From a virus (Duplodnaviria > Caudoviricetes), in IMG/VR virus record IMGVR_UViG_3300020003_000003, positions 1 through 47,472 of that record: DNA of 47,472 bases. One strand, 5' to 3'. Both the position numbers and the translations under genes were made by a program. Positions within the stretch are counted from its first letter, which is position 1, and each line of letters starts with the position of its first letter. This document shows positions 9,983 through 18,228 of the stretch, one piece after another. A model generated the notes under the pieces. That model was not told the DNA's origin. It did not search any database and saw nothing but the letters and a program-made list of their open reading frames with translations.

Positions 9983-10065
9983 GCTGGCTAGGACTACTGA
10001 TCGTACTAATAATCATAGCAGCGATCATAGCTCTCTGTGTGTTCGCCATAACAGACGGACCTTAA
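9979..10065 (+). CDS. 28-aa single-pass membrane peptide (not in the ORF track)
   Basis: GGAGG RBS and GTGA overlap; MSWLGLLIVLIIIAAIIALCVFAITDGP. Confidence 0.5.
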   Translation: MSWLGLLIVLIIIAAIIALCVFAITDGP

Positions 10066-10068
10066 GAG

Positions 10069-11526
10069 ATGTCAGTCGGCCTCTATAGCCATACCACGCG
10101 AGGCACTGGAACGGTGCTGACTGCGGCTATCTATAATGCCGATCACATTAATCATATTACTAATCAGAACCCCGCTATGACTGGCGGCTATGCTGATAGC
10201 GTTGGGCAGTACCAAACTAAGGTTGATCCTGGTGGAGTTGGAACGGAGTCTCTATCACCCAATCTGGCAGGTGAGTTGGAGAGGCTTAGGTTCTGTATAG
10301 CTAGGATCACCGGCAAAACACAGTGGTACGAAGCTCCCCAGAGCAGCCTGCAGCAGGCCTTAGGTGGTACTGTCCCTGGCACGATAGCGACGGCTGGCGG
10401 CACGCCGCTGACCCTCCGTCGAACGGAGAACGACGCTGTCGACAGGACAGTTCTGTCTCTCGAAGAGGGATCAGGAGCTGGTGCAAAGGCTGAGTGGAAG
10501 GTCAAAGGAGGAACAGCCAACGACGTTACTGAGGTATCCCTGTTCCTCAACAACATAGAGCAGCTCAGATATGCTTCTAATATCAAGAATAGATATGCCC
10601 CCCAGGGCTACCTGACGCCAACCACTGGCGTTCCAGTGATAGTGGCCGACGCATCTGCTCAGACTTCCCTATTCTACGAGCCATTAGTGGGTAATCTGGT
10701 TCCGATTATCCAGAATGGCGTCATAGCAATGAGGACTTTCGCTCCCTTTACGCTGGCCCTGAACAACCCCAATCACGCAGCAGCGACTCTCTACGATGTG
10801 TTTCTGTGGGATATTGCAGGGGTGGTCACCATAGGAACTGGACCAGCCTGGGCGAACTCAGGCGCAGGGACCAGCTCTAGGGGAGCTGGGGCTGGTACAA
10901 CTGAGCTAGTTCGTACCAATGGCCTATGGGTCAATGCTGTCTCTATGACTACAAGGAATGGAGCCGGCACTTTTGCAGTAGGTGCGGGGCTGGCTACATA
11001 TCTTGGTACAATCCTGATTGACGCAGTTGGCACTGTTACCTGTCACCGCAGCTGGGGCCAGAACCGCAAGTGGTGCGTCTGGAATGCCTATAACCGGCAG
11101 CCTCTGTATCTAAAGGCGGGCGACTCTACAGCAACATGGAACTACCAGGGTGGCCTACGAGCATCAAACAATCTTGCTGCTAATAGTCTAACAGTACTAT
11201 CGGGACTTGCCGAGGAGTTTTATCATCTCGGACTTGCACAGAGACTTCTGATTACGGTAAATGCAGCGTCTGACATAAACGTAGTCAATGGTATTGGCTG
11301 GAACTCTGTAGCAGCTATAACTGGCCGACGGGGTACAGGTGGAACGTCCACCGCAGCCGCTGCGGCTGCCAGTGTCTATCAAACTGTCACGGCTGAACAC
11401 ATCCAGGAGCCTACCCTCGGTATCCATCTTGCAACTGCTCTCGAGGCTGCTCCAACAGCAGGCGGCACCGCTCAGTGGAATGGCGGTGAGGATGACATGA
11501 TACTCCACGCGAAGTGGAGGGGCTAA
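10069..11526 (+). CDS. Tail fibre/spike protein 1
   Basis: Gly/Thr/Ala-rich; carries the phage-tail block TYLGTI...VWNAYNR; N-terminal motif shared with the next gene. Confidence 0.72.
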   Translation: MSVGLYSHTTRGTGTVLTAAIYNADHINHITNQNPAMTGGYADSVGQYQTKVDPGGVGTESLSPNLAGELERLRFCIARITGKTQWYEAPQSSLQQALGGTVPGTIATAGGTPLTLRRTENDAVDRTVLSLEEGSGAGAKAEWKVKGGTANDVTEVSLFLNNIEQLRYASNIKNRYAPQGYLTPTTGVPVIVADASAQTSLFYEPLVGNLVPIIQNGVIAMRTFAPFTLALNNPNHAAATLYDVFLWDIAGVVTIGTGPAWANSGAGTSSRGAGAGTTELVRTNGLWVNAVSMTTRNGAGTFAVGAGLATYLGTILIDAVGTVTCHRSWGQNRKWCVWNAYNRQPLYLKAGDSTATWNYQGGLRASNNLAANSLTVLSGLAEEFYHLGLAQRLLITVNAASDINVVNGIGWNSVAAITGRRGTGGTSTAAAAAASVYQTVTAEHIQEPTLGIHLATALEAAPTAGGTAQWNGGEDDMILHAKWRG

Positions 11527-11529
11527 CTT

Positions 11530-13206
11530 GTGGCAACTATTGTCCCACATACGACTAGGGCTATCGGCACTGTTCTGACAGCTGCTATCTACAACTTTGA
11601 TCATGTCAATCATGATAGCAATGATAATGCTCTTAACGTAGAGCTGGCCGCTATTGGCGGAATAGGATCGTTCGTTACAACAGATATTGCTGCCGCTGCA
11701 ACTTGCGATATTGGAGCAGCACCAACATCTATAGTACGAATTACTGGAGCTGTAGGACCTATTACCTCCTTCGGAACAGTCGCCAATTCCAGAAGGTTTG
11801 TGTTCTTTAACTCAACCCCACAGATCAATCATAATGCAGTATCGCTAATCCTGCCAGGTGCTGCAAATAAAATTGCAGCGGCTGGCGACTGTGCAATCTT
11901 CATATCGGACGCCGCAGGCAATTGGCGCTGTCACAACTATCAGGAAGCAGCCACTATTGGTGGTGCCCTTTCAATTGGTACAACTCCAATTACAGGTGGA
12001 GTGGCTGCTCGTATTCTCTATAACAACACTGGATTTCTTGGAGAGTACACTATCAGTGGTACTGGCAGTGTTGTCGCTATGGCCACTTCTCCCTCTCTTG
12101 TCACTCCATTACTAGGCACACCGGCATCTGGTAACCTAGTAAATTGTGTAGGGCTGCCTATAAACGCTGGTACAACTGGAGTACTAGAGCCAGATGCAGG
12201 TGGTACAGGGGTTTCTAATAATAATGCTAGCACGCTTGCCATCATTGGAAGCTTTTCAACTTCATTAACTGTCACCGCCGTAACAAGCGTTACACTGCCA
12301 GTTTCAGGCACACTCGCTACCCTGGCTGGCTTGGAGGAGCTAACCAACAAAACACTCAATGCCTCGGTTGCCAAGGGAGTCTGGTCGACGTCAGGCGTCT
12401 GGACTGTGCCAGCATTTACTCTTGCCGGCACTATTTCTGGCGGCGGTAATCAGATTAATAATGTTATCATAGGTGCAGTAACACCACTCGCTGGCAGCTT
12501 TACAACAGTTTCCCATAGTAGCTATGCTGAGTTTGACGAAATAGCCTCACCGTCAAATCCAGCTGCTAACAAGCTCCGAGTGTTTGCCAAGGATGTAGCG
12601 GGCGTCACACACCTATTCACACGGGAGAGTGGTGGTGGCGAGGTTGATCTATCTGCCGCAGCGGGTGGCTCAGCGGGCTTGATACTACTAGCATCCGGCT
12701 CCATATCCGCCGCCGGCAATCTCGATATCGTACTGACAGGCTATACCGGCTACCGAGCGCTTCTCTTTGTGCTACAAAGTTTCGTGCCGGTAACGGACGA
12801 CACGATTTTGTATATGCGCTTCAGCACTGATGGAGGTTCAAGCTACATCGCCTCTGGGTATGCCTATACGGGCATGGGCATCAACGACGGCGGCGGTTCG
12901 ATAAACAGTTCTAGCGGGAGCGCAGCCCAAGCAGCGATTACCTCGGCGATTGGGGGCACCAATGGCGTGAGTAATGTGGCAACCGAGGGTGGCGCTCACG
13001 CAGAGATTTGGCTTTTCGACCAAACCGCCGCGGCAAACTTCGCTAAGGCAAAATGGCATTCGACCTGGTATATCGCCGCTGCGCAGCACGCCCAACTTAT
13101 AGGTAGTTGCACACAAGAGGTTGTGGGCGACGTGGATGCTATTCGCTTTCTGTTTTCGAGCGGTAACATCGCCAGCGGCAAGTATGCCGTCTATGGCCTC
13201 TCGTAG
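11530..13206 (+). CDS. Tail fibre protein 2 (probable receptor-binding protein)
   Basis: Fibre-type repeats (SPSLVTPLLGTPASG, GGTG, LTNKTL) and a globular C-terminal domain ending IRFLFSSGNIASGKYAVYGLS. Confidence 0.75.
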   Translation: MATIVPHTTRAIGTVLTAAIYNFDHVNHDSNDNALNVELAAIGGIGSFVTTDIAAAATCDIGAAPTSIVRITGAVGPITSFGTVANSRRFVFFNSTPQINHNAVSLILPGAANKIAAAGDCAIFISDAAGNWRCHNYQEAATIGGALSIGTTPITGGVAARILYNNTGFLGEYTISGTGSVVAMATSPSLVTPLLGTPASGNLVNCVGLPINAGTTGVLEPDAGGTGVSNNNASTLAIIGSFSTSLTVTAVTSVTLPVSGTLATLAGLEELTNKTLNASVAKGVWSTSGVWTVPAFTLAGTISGGGNQINNVIIGAVTPLAGSFTTVSHSSYAEFDEIASPSNPAANKLRVFAKDVAGVTHLFTRESGGGEVDLSAAAGGSAGLILLASGSISAAGNLDIVLTGYTGYRALLFVLQSFVPVTDDTILYMRFSTDGGSSYIASGYAYTGMGINDGGGSINSSSGSAAQAAITSAIGGTNGVSNVATEGGAHAEIWLFDQTAAANFAKAKWHSTWYIAAAQHAQLIGSCTQEVVGDVDAIRFLFSSGNIASGKYAVYGLS

Positions 13207-13218
13207 GAGGAAATAGCA

Positions 13219-13425
13219 ATGGACTGCGGCGGACAGAGTTGCGTTGTTGGGTGGGACGGCGTAGCTCGTGCTGTGCCTATAACTGAGGCGGATTTGGCGC
13301 AGAGAGTTATAGATGAGGAGACGCAAGCCAACAAACGTGATCCAACGCCACAAGAGAAATTTGACACCTTACTACGCTCTATTGGACTTACGAAGGAGGA
13401 ACTAAAGGCGTTTATCAACGGGTAA
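13219..13425 (+). CDS. Small tail-fibre-associated protein
   Basis: AGGAGG RBS; the PTPQEK...GLTKEELKA C-terminal pattern is often seen after tail fibre genes. Confidence 0.55.
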   Translation: MDCGGQSCVVGWDGVARAVPITEADLAQRVIDEETQANKRDPTPQEKFDTLLRSIGLTKEELKAFING

Positions 13426-13471
13426 AAATCGTGATAAAGTCTCCTGGGGTATAGAGGGCGGGAGACTGGGA

Positions 13472-14086
13472 ATGCCTACTCGCGGAAAGCCAGCACAGCC
13501 AGCAACGGCGCAAAACTTCGTTCCAGTTCCTGATCCTACTGTTCTCACTACTCAGCAGTTGACCAGGGAAATCCTGGCTATACGAGAGCTTATAGAGGCT
13601 CGTCTGGACGGTATGGATAAGGCTATAAACCTTATTCAGGCTCAGTCTGACAGAGCCCCTGCACATATTCAGACAACTATCGAGGCAGCGGTAGGACGTC
13701 TGCAGGAGCTGCATAATGAGAAGTTTATAAGCATCGAAACTCAGTTCAAAGAACGTGATGTTCGTACTGAACAAACCTCAAAGGATAACAAGGTCGCCAT
13801 CGACGCGGCCCTTCAGGCGCAGAAGGAAGCTGTTGGCAAGCAAAATGAGTCCAACTCCCAGGCCATCGCTAAGTCTGAAGCTGCCTTCATCAAGCAGATC
13901 GACCAGATAGGCATGTTAATCACAACTATGGGTAAGGGGACTGATGACAAAATCAGCGACATCAAGGATCGTCTTACGACGATTGAAGGCTTGAAGAAAG
14001 GAGGAACCGACGCCTGGGCCTACGTGGCTGCTATAGCAGGTCTTGCAGTTGCCGTGTTGGCTGTAATTTTTAAGATAGCGAAGTAG
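13472..14086 (+). CDS. Coiled-coil protein with C-terminal transmembrane helix (lysis-region)
   Basis: Heptad-rich body ending AWAYVAAIAGLAVAVLAVIFK. Confidence 0.6.
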   Translation: MPTRGKPAQPATAQNFVPVPDPTVLTTQQLTREILAIRELIEARLDGMDKAINLIQAQSDRAPAHIQTTIEAAVGRLQELHNEKFISIETQFKERDVRTEQTSKDNKVAIDAALQAQKEAVGKQNESNSQAIAKSEAAFIKQIDQIGMLITTMGKGTDDKISDIKDRLTTIEGLKKGGTDAWAYVAAIAGLAVAVLAVIFKIAK

Positions 14087-14141
14087 CCTGGCCGGCGACG
14101 GTCGGCCGTGATATCGTATCGGCTGCACAAGGAGGACAGCC

Positions 14142-14507
14142 ATGTTTGGAATTGCTAAGGAACAAATCCTGGGCCTAGTCAGGCACGTCATCACCTTTGT
14201 CGGTGGGATACTAGTGGCTAGAGGTAAAGTCGATCCTGCTCAGCTCGAGACTATAGTGGGGATTGTTGCTACTGTGGCAGGGTTCCTCCTATCCATGATG
14301 TCTCCGGAGAAGACCCTAACTCCAGAGAAGATCATCGCCGTCATGGAGCCGGCCAAGGCAGCGGCAGTTGCCAATATCTTGGCCCAACCCGAACCTCCCA
14401 AGCCGTTGCCGGAGATGGGAATGGTCGGAGGTCCTGCACCTCCGGAAGGCATCGTGAAGGAGCAAGATAGGGTAGCCGCTATGCCACCAAGAGCCCCTAT
14501 TCGGTGA
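14142..14507 (+). CDS. Putative holin (two TM helices)
   Basis: KEQILGLVRHVITFVGGILVARG N-terminus resembles the Pam3-gp28-like putative holins; GGAGG RBS. Confidence 0.65.
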   Translation: MFGIAKEQILGLVRHVITFVGGILVARGKVDPAQLETIVGIVATVAGFLLSMMSPEKTLTPEKIIAVMEPAKAAAVANILAQPEPPKPLPEMGMVGGPAPPEGIVKEQDRVAAMPPRAPIR

Positions 14508-14728
14508 GCTGGGCATCTATCATCCTCGGCGGCCTTAAGCTGCTCATGTCAATCATGAGCTACTTGAACGATCGCAAGATGATCCAGGCCGGCGAGGACC
14601 GGGCTATCGCTAGGGCATCTCTGGAGCTGCTGGAACAGACACAGGAAGGTAAAGCCCTTCGAGAGCATGTTAAGGGACTATCGGACACAGAAGCAGCAGA
14701 CCTATGGGACAGGATGTCTAAGACATGA
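14504..14728 (+). CDS. Putative i-spanin (Rz-like)
   Basis: N-terminal hydrophobic helix plus helical periplasmic part; follows the holin. Confidence 0.5.
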   Translation: MSWASIILGGLKLLMSIMSYLNDRKMIQAGEDRAIARASLELLEQTQEGKALREHVKGLSDTEAADLWDRMSKT

Positions 14729-14970
14729 GTGGAGATGGGATATTCTGCTTCATCGTCTGTTTCGGCATGAGCAGCCCACCTCCCTCCATTGTCGTTGACA
14801 GCTTCTGCCAACGCTACGACAGGCAGGTTCTAAGTAATGCAGATATCAATGCAATCAAGAACCTTCCCCCGGCACTGGCTCGTCGTATTCAAGGTAATGA
14901 AGTGGACTATATGTGCAAGTGCCTGGGTTGGGAAGATCCTATCTGTAAAACTGGCAAGAGGAAGAAATGA
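14725..14970 (+). CDS. Putative o-spanin (Rz1-like)
   Basis: Cys-containing hydrophobic N-terminus, Pro-rich linker, DSFC...Y and C-terminal Cys; ATGA overlap. Confidence 0.45.
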   Translation: MSGDGIFCFIVCFGMSSPPPSIVVDSFCQRYDRQVLSNADINAIKNLPPALARRIQGNEVDYMCKCLGWEDPICKTGKRKK

Positions 14971-15359
14971 CTATAGGCTATAAAATAGCCGAGACCCCTG
15001 CCGACTTCCATGAGGCCCATGCCCTTATGCGAGGAGAGGGAGTGCCAGAGCAGACCCTTGGTTTTCCTACTATGTTGTTGATAGATGAAAATGAAATAGT
15101 AGGAATGATTGGCACTGATATACAGAAGGGCATAATTGTAGCTGGTCCCCTGGTAATGAAGTCTGATAGGAAGAGGATACAGTCGGCTATCAAGATGGTC
15201 GAGATGTATGAGATGGCTCTTAGGGGAATGGGCATCTCAACATTCATCTTCCACGTTGAGGAGGGGACCTTCCTCGATAGGATGATCTCTCGCTACAGCG
15301 AATATCAGCCCTATGCCGTAAGGGGAACTAAGAAGTTCTTCATAAGGAGGCTCAACTAA
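14967..15359 (+). CDS. GNAT-fold protein (possible internal virion acetyltransferase-like)
   Basis: Size and beta/alpha pattern (EIVGMIG, GPLV, A...GI); position before the ejection proteins. Confidence 0.5.
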   Translation: MTIGYKIAETPADFHEAHALMRGEGVPEQTLGFPTMLLIDENEIVGMIGTDIQKGIIVAGPLVMKSDRKRIQSAIKMVEMYEMALRGMGISTFIFHVEEGTFLDRMISRYSEYQPYAVRGTKKFFIRRLN

Positions 15360-16285
15360 TGGGCGGCGGTGATAGCGCGGTTCCTCAGCCAAGTGCAGCT
15401 GAGATGGCACTGCAGCAGGCTCAGGCCAGCCTGCTCCAGCAGCAAACCCAGATTATTCAGGAACAAAGGGATCAACAGAAGATCCTCTTACCCTTCCTGG
15501 CCGAACAGGAGGGCTTCGATGTCGAGATGAATGAGAATGGTACTATCAAAAGCATCAAGAAAAAAGACAATCCAGAGGATGCCAAGCGCAAAGAGCTTGA
15601 GGGCATGTATCTGGATCGCAGCCTCAAGGCTATGCGTGGCGAACTAGAGCTTGATCCAGCCCTTGAGGAGAGCCTTAAGACCGGCGAGCAGCAACTCAGA
15701 GAGAAGCTCCAGAGCCAGTTTGGCCCTGGCTATGAAACATCTTCGCCGGCTATCGAGACGTTGGGTCAGTTTATGCGTTCCTCTGAGATCCTAAGGGAAG
15801 GTGCTAGGACAGGACAGCTGACCCTTTCGGAGCAATTAGGCATAACCAGGGAACAGCAAGAGCAGTTTAGCAGGGGGTCTTCTCAGGATGTTCTAAGAGG
15901 CTCCGCAGTAGGCGATCCTATGTCCTTTGCAGGCGCCTTTGGACAGGCTGCTAGAGGATATGGCCAGGCCCAGGTTCCCTACCTGCAACAGAGGCAGATG
16001 CAGGCTCAGGCCAACTCTTCTAGCTCAGATCGTCTCTATCGACTGCTTGGTGCTGGTATCGGAGCGGGAGGTCAGATTGGTGCTTCCTACTTCTCCGACC
16101 CCGAACTGAAGGACGATCTAATACCCATCAGCGCGACGATGGAAGGTATAACCATCTACGAATATACCCGAAAGGATACCGGCGAGAGAATGATAGGTGT
16201 CCTATCAAGTGACGTCGAAGAGAAAATGCCCTGGGCAGTCCTATCCCGTGGTGGATATGACGTTGTAGACTATGAGAAGGTCTAA
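15359..16285 (+). CDS. Internal virion (DNA ejection) protein with C-terminal peptidase S74 / intramolecular-chaperone-like domain
   Basis: MGGG start and Gln-rich helical body; C-terminal FSDPELKDDL...IYEY...IGV...DVE...P.AV...VDY. Confidence 0.7.
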   Translation: MGGGDSAVPQPSAAEMALQQAQASLLQQQTQIIQEQRDQQKILLPFLAEQEGFDVEMNENGTIKSIKKKDNPEDAKRKELEGMYLDRSLKAMRGELELDPALEESLKTGEQQLREKLQSQFGPGYETSSPAIETLGQFMRSSEILREGARTGQLTLSEQLGITREQQEQFSRGSSQDVLRGSAVGDPMSFAGAFGQAARGYGQAQVPYLQQRQMQAQANSSSSDRLYRLLGAGIGAGGQIGASYFSDPELKDDLIPISATMEGITIYEYTRKDTGERMIGVLSSDVEEKMPWAVLSRGGYDVVDYEKV

Positions 16286-18228
16286 TGGACCCATTTCTTG
16301 AAGGTGGCGGTTTCAGTGGTGGCTATCAGCCGCAGGAGCCGCAGGCTCGCCTGCCTCAACCGCCAGAGCAGGTTCCCCTGTCGCCGCAAGCTGCTGATGT
16401 AGCCCAGCAGTATCAGCAGAACCAGGAAGAGTTCAAGCGTCGCCAGGCTGAGATTGAGAGCAGGAAGCAGGACCTTGTTCTAGCTGAGCGGATGTCCAAG
16501 CTGATGGACCCACGAGTGCCTAAGCCGGCACGTCAATTCCTATATGATGAGCTGTCTAGAACTTCTGGAGTTGATCCTAAAGGAGAGACTTCTAGAAGCG
16601 TTGGCAAGATGCTTATGGGCCTCGACCCTGAGGCGCTAGAGGGTCTCGGTCGGAACTTTGCTGCCAAGCTGAAAGATGCCAAGCCTGGCGAGATTAAGCA
16701 ACTGATACAGTCAGTTCTAACAGGACAGATGTCCGGTATGGAACTGTTGAAAGTGGCGCAGGCAGGGCCGGCCGCACCAAGTCCAGCCTCGCCATTAGCT
16801 GGGGCGGCTCCTCCGCCTCCTCCTCCCGCCGCCCCAGCGCCCCCTCCTACACAGACGCCGCCATCAGCGATGCCTCCCGATGTAACCCCTCCCACGGTCA
16901 CCCAGCCGCCCCCCATCACAGCTACAGGCGAAGAGGTAAAGCGTCGCCGTCTCAAGACGGTTGGTGAGACTCCTGCTCCCTATGGCATCGTGGAGCCCGG
17001 TCTCCTAAAATCGCTGGGCCTGGACTATAGCAAGCCGGTCAGACACGATGATCTAGCCAAGATGGGCTTTGCTGTTCCTCAGGATGCCAAGGAACAGCGA
17101 GAGCTGGCTAAGGAGATGGATCAGATCGCCGCTGGGACCGTTGACGTAGCTGTCAATGCAGCCAGGGTCCATCAACTGTTCGCTGGAAAGCCGGAGGTTC
17201 TGGGTGCCGTAGGTGCTACTGCTCGTACTATCGACCAGGCTATGGATCAAATTAAGGGCATTGCACAGGTTGCCGGCGTTGATTTAAGCAAGACCCCAGG
17301 TCCTGGAGAGGCTGGATTGAAATCTCTGGCCGTTAGCGCTGCAAGCAGGGTACAGGCTCTGTATCGGGCCTCTGGAATAGAGCACACTGCTGTAGAGAGT
17401 GCCAAGCTGCAGGGGGCCATTCTGGATATGGCCTATAGTATGGCTGTCGCTAGAGGCATTCCTGGCAACCGACTGACAAATGCAATTATAGCTCAACATC
17501 TCAATACTCTGGGACACAGCCAGTCGGTTGCTCAATTTGAGTCGACACTAGCAGATGCTACCGCTAGAGCCACCGAGCGCTCCGCTCGACAGATGGCCTC
17601 CCGTGTTGGAGGAGCTGAATGGCAGCCTAATTTCAGTTTCGCATCTATGAGTGATCTAGAAACTATGGCCAGCGCTTCTGGAATGCTTCCTAAAGGTATT
17701 AGAGATAACGTCGCGGCGGAGGTTCAGAAGAGACTAGATGTAGCTCAGGGTAAGCCAGCTACCCTTGGAAAACCCGTTACTCGACAAGAACCAACCCTCG
17801 AGACAGAACAGGCTGATGTGGCGAAAGAGGAGGCTCAGCGCCAGAGGCATCTGGACTTCGCTGAGAGCCGAGAGAAAGATCGCCTCGCGATGGAGAAGGA
17901 GCGCGATCAGCGTGCTGCTCGTGGAGAGACCAGAGCTGAGGCCAGAGCCAAGGAACAGACAGAACACACTAGGTTTATGGAAAACATGGCTATTCGCCGT
18001 GAGGCCAGGTTGGAGAACCAGCAGAAGAAGGACAAAATCGGAGAGGCCTTTGTCAAGCTAGGCCAGATGATTGGCCATGGCAGCACCCATCAGATAAGTG
18101 CAGGATCGGGAGGAGGCGGCGGTGGAGATCAGGACGCTGGAGCCTTCAGAATAGCTCCGCCCCCCAGACGTCAGGCACCCCAGCCTGTAGACGCATCCAG
18201 GTATCAGAGAGGAAAGAAGGGTGCCTGA
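16285..18228 (+). CDS. Internal virion / ejection protein
   Basis: 647 aa, helical, Ala/Gln-rich with a Pro-rich linker; lies in a run of large genes after the tail module. Confidence 0.6.
   Translation: MDPFLEGGGFSGGYQPQEPQARLPQPPEQVPLSPQAADVAQQYQQNQEEFKRRQAEIESRKQDLVLAERMSKLMDPRVPKPARQFLYDELSRTSGVDPKGETSRSVGKMLMGLDPEALEGLGRNFAAKLKDAKPGEIKQLIQSVLTGQMSGMELLKVAQAGPAAPSPASPLAGAAPPPPPPAAPAPPPTQTPPSAMPPDVTPPTVTQPPPITATGEEVKRRRLKTVGETPAPYGIVEPGLLKSLGLDYSKPVRHDDLAKMGFAVPQDAKEQRELAKEMDQIAAGTVDVAVNAARVHQLFAGKPEVLGAVGATARTIDQAMDQIKGIAQVAGVDLSKTPGPGEAGLKSLAVSAASRVQALYRASGIEHTAVESAKLQGAILDMAYSMAVARGIPGNRLTNAIIAQHLNTLGHSQSVAQFESTLADATARATERSARQMASRVGGAEWQPNFSFASMSDLETMASASGMLPKGIRDNVAAEVQKRLDVAQGKPATLGKPVTRQEPTLETEQADVAKEEAQRQRHLDFAESREKDRLAMEKERDQRAARGETRAEARAKEQTEHTRFMENMAIRREARLENQQKKDKIGEAFVKLGQMIGHGSTHQISAGSGGGGGGDQDAGAFRIAPPPRRQAPQPVDASRYQRGKKGA

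Noticed and set aside
10069-13206. Diversity-generating retroelement acting on the tail fibres
   Set aside because: No reverse transcriptase and no template/variable repeat pair differing at adenines was seen.
16780-16920. Pro-rich low-complexity repeat
   Set aside because: Ordinary flexible linker within an ejection protein, not a DNA-level repeat element.
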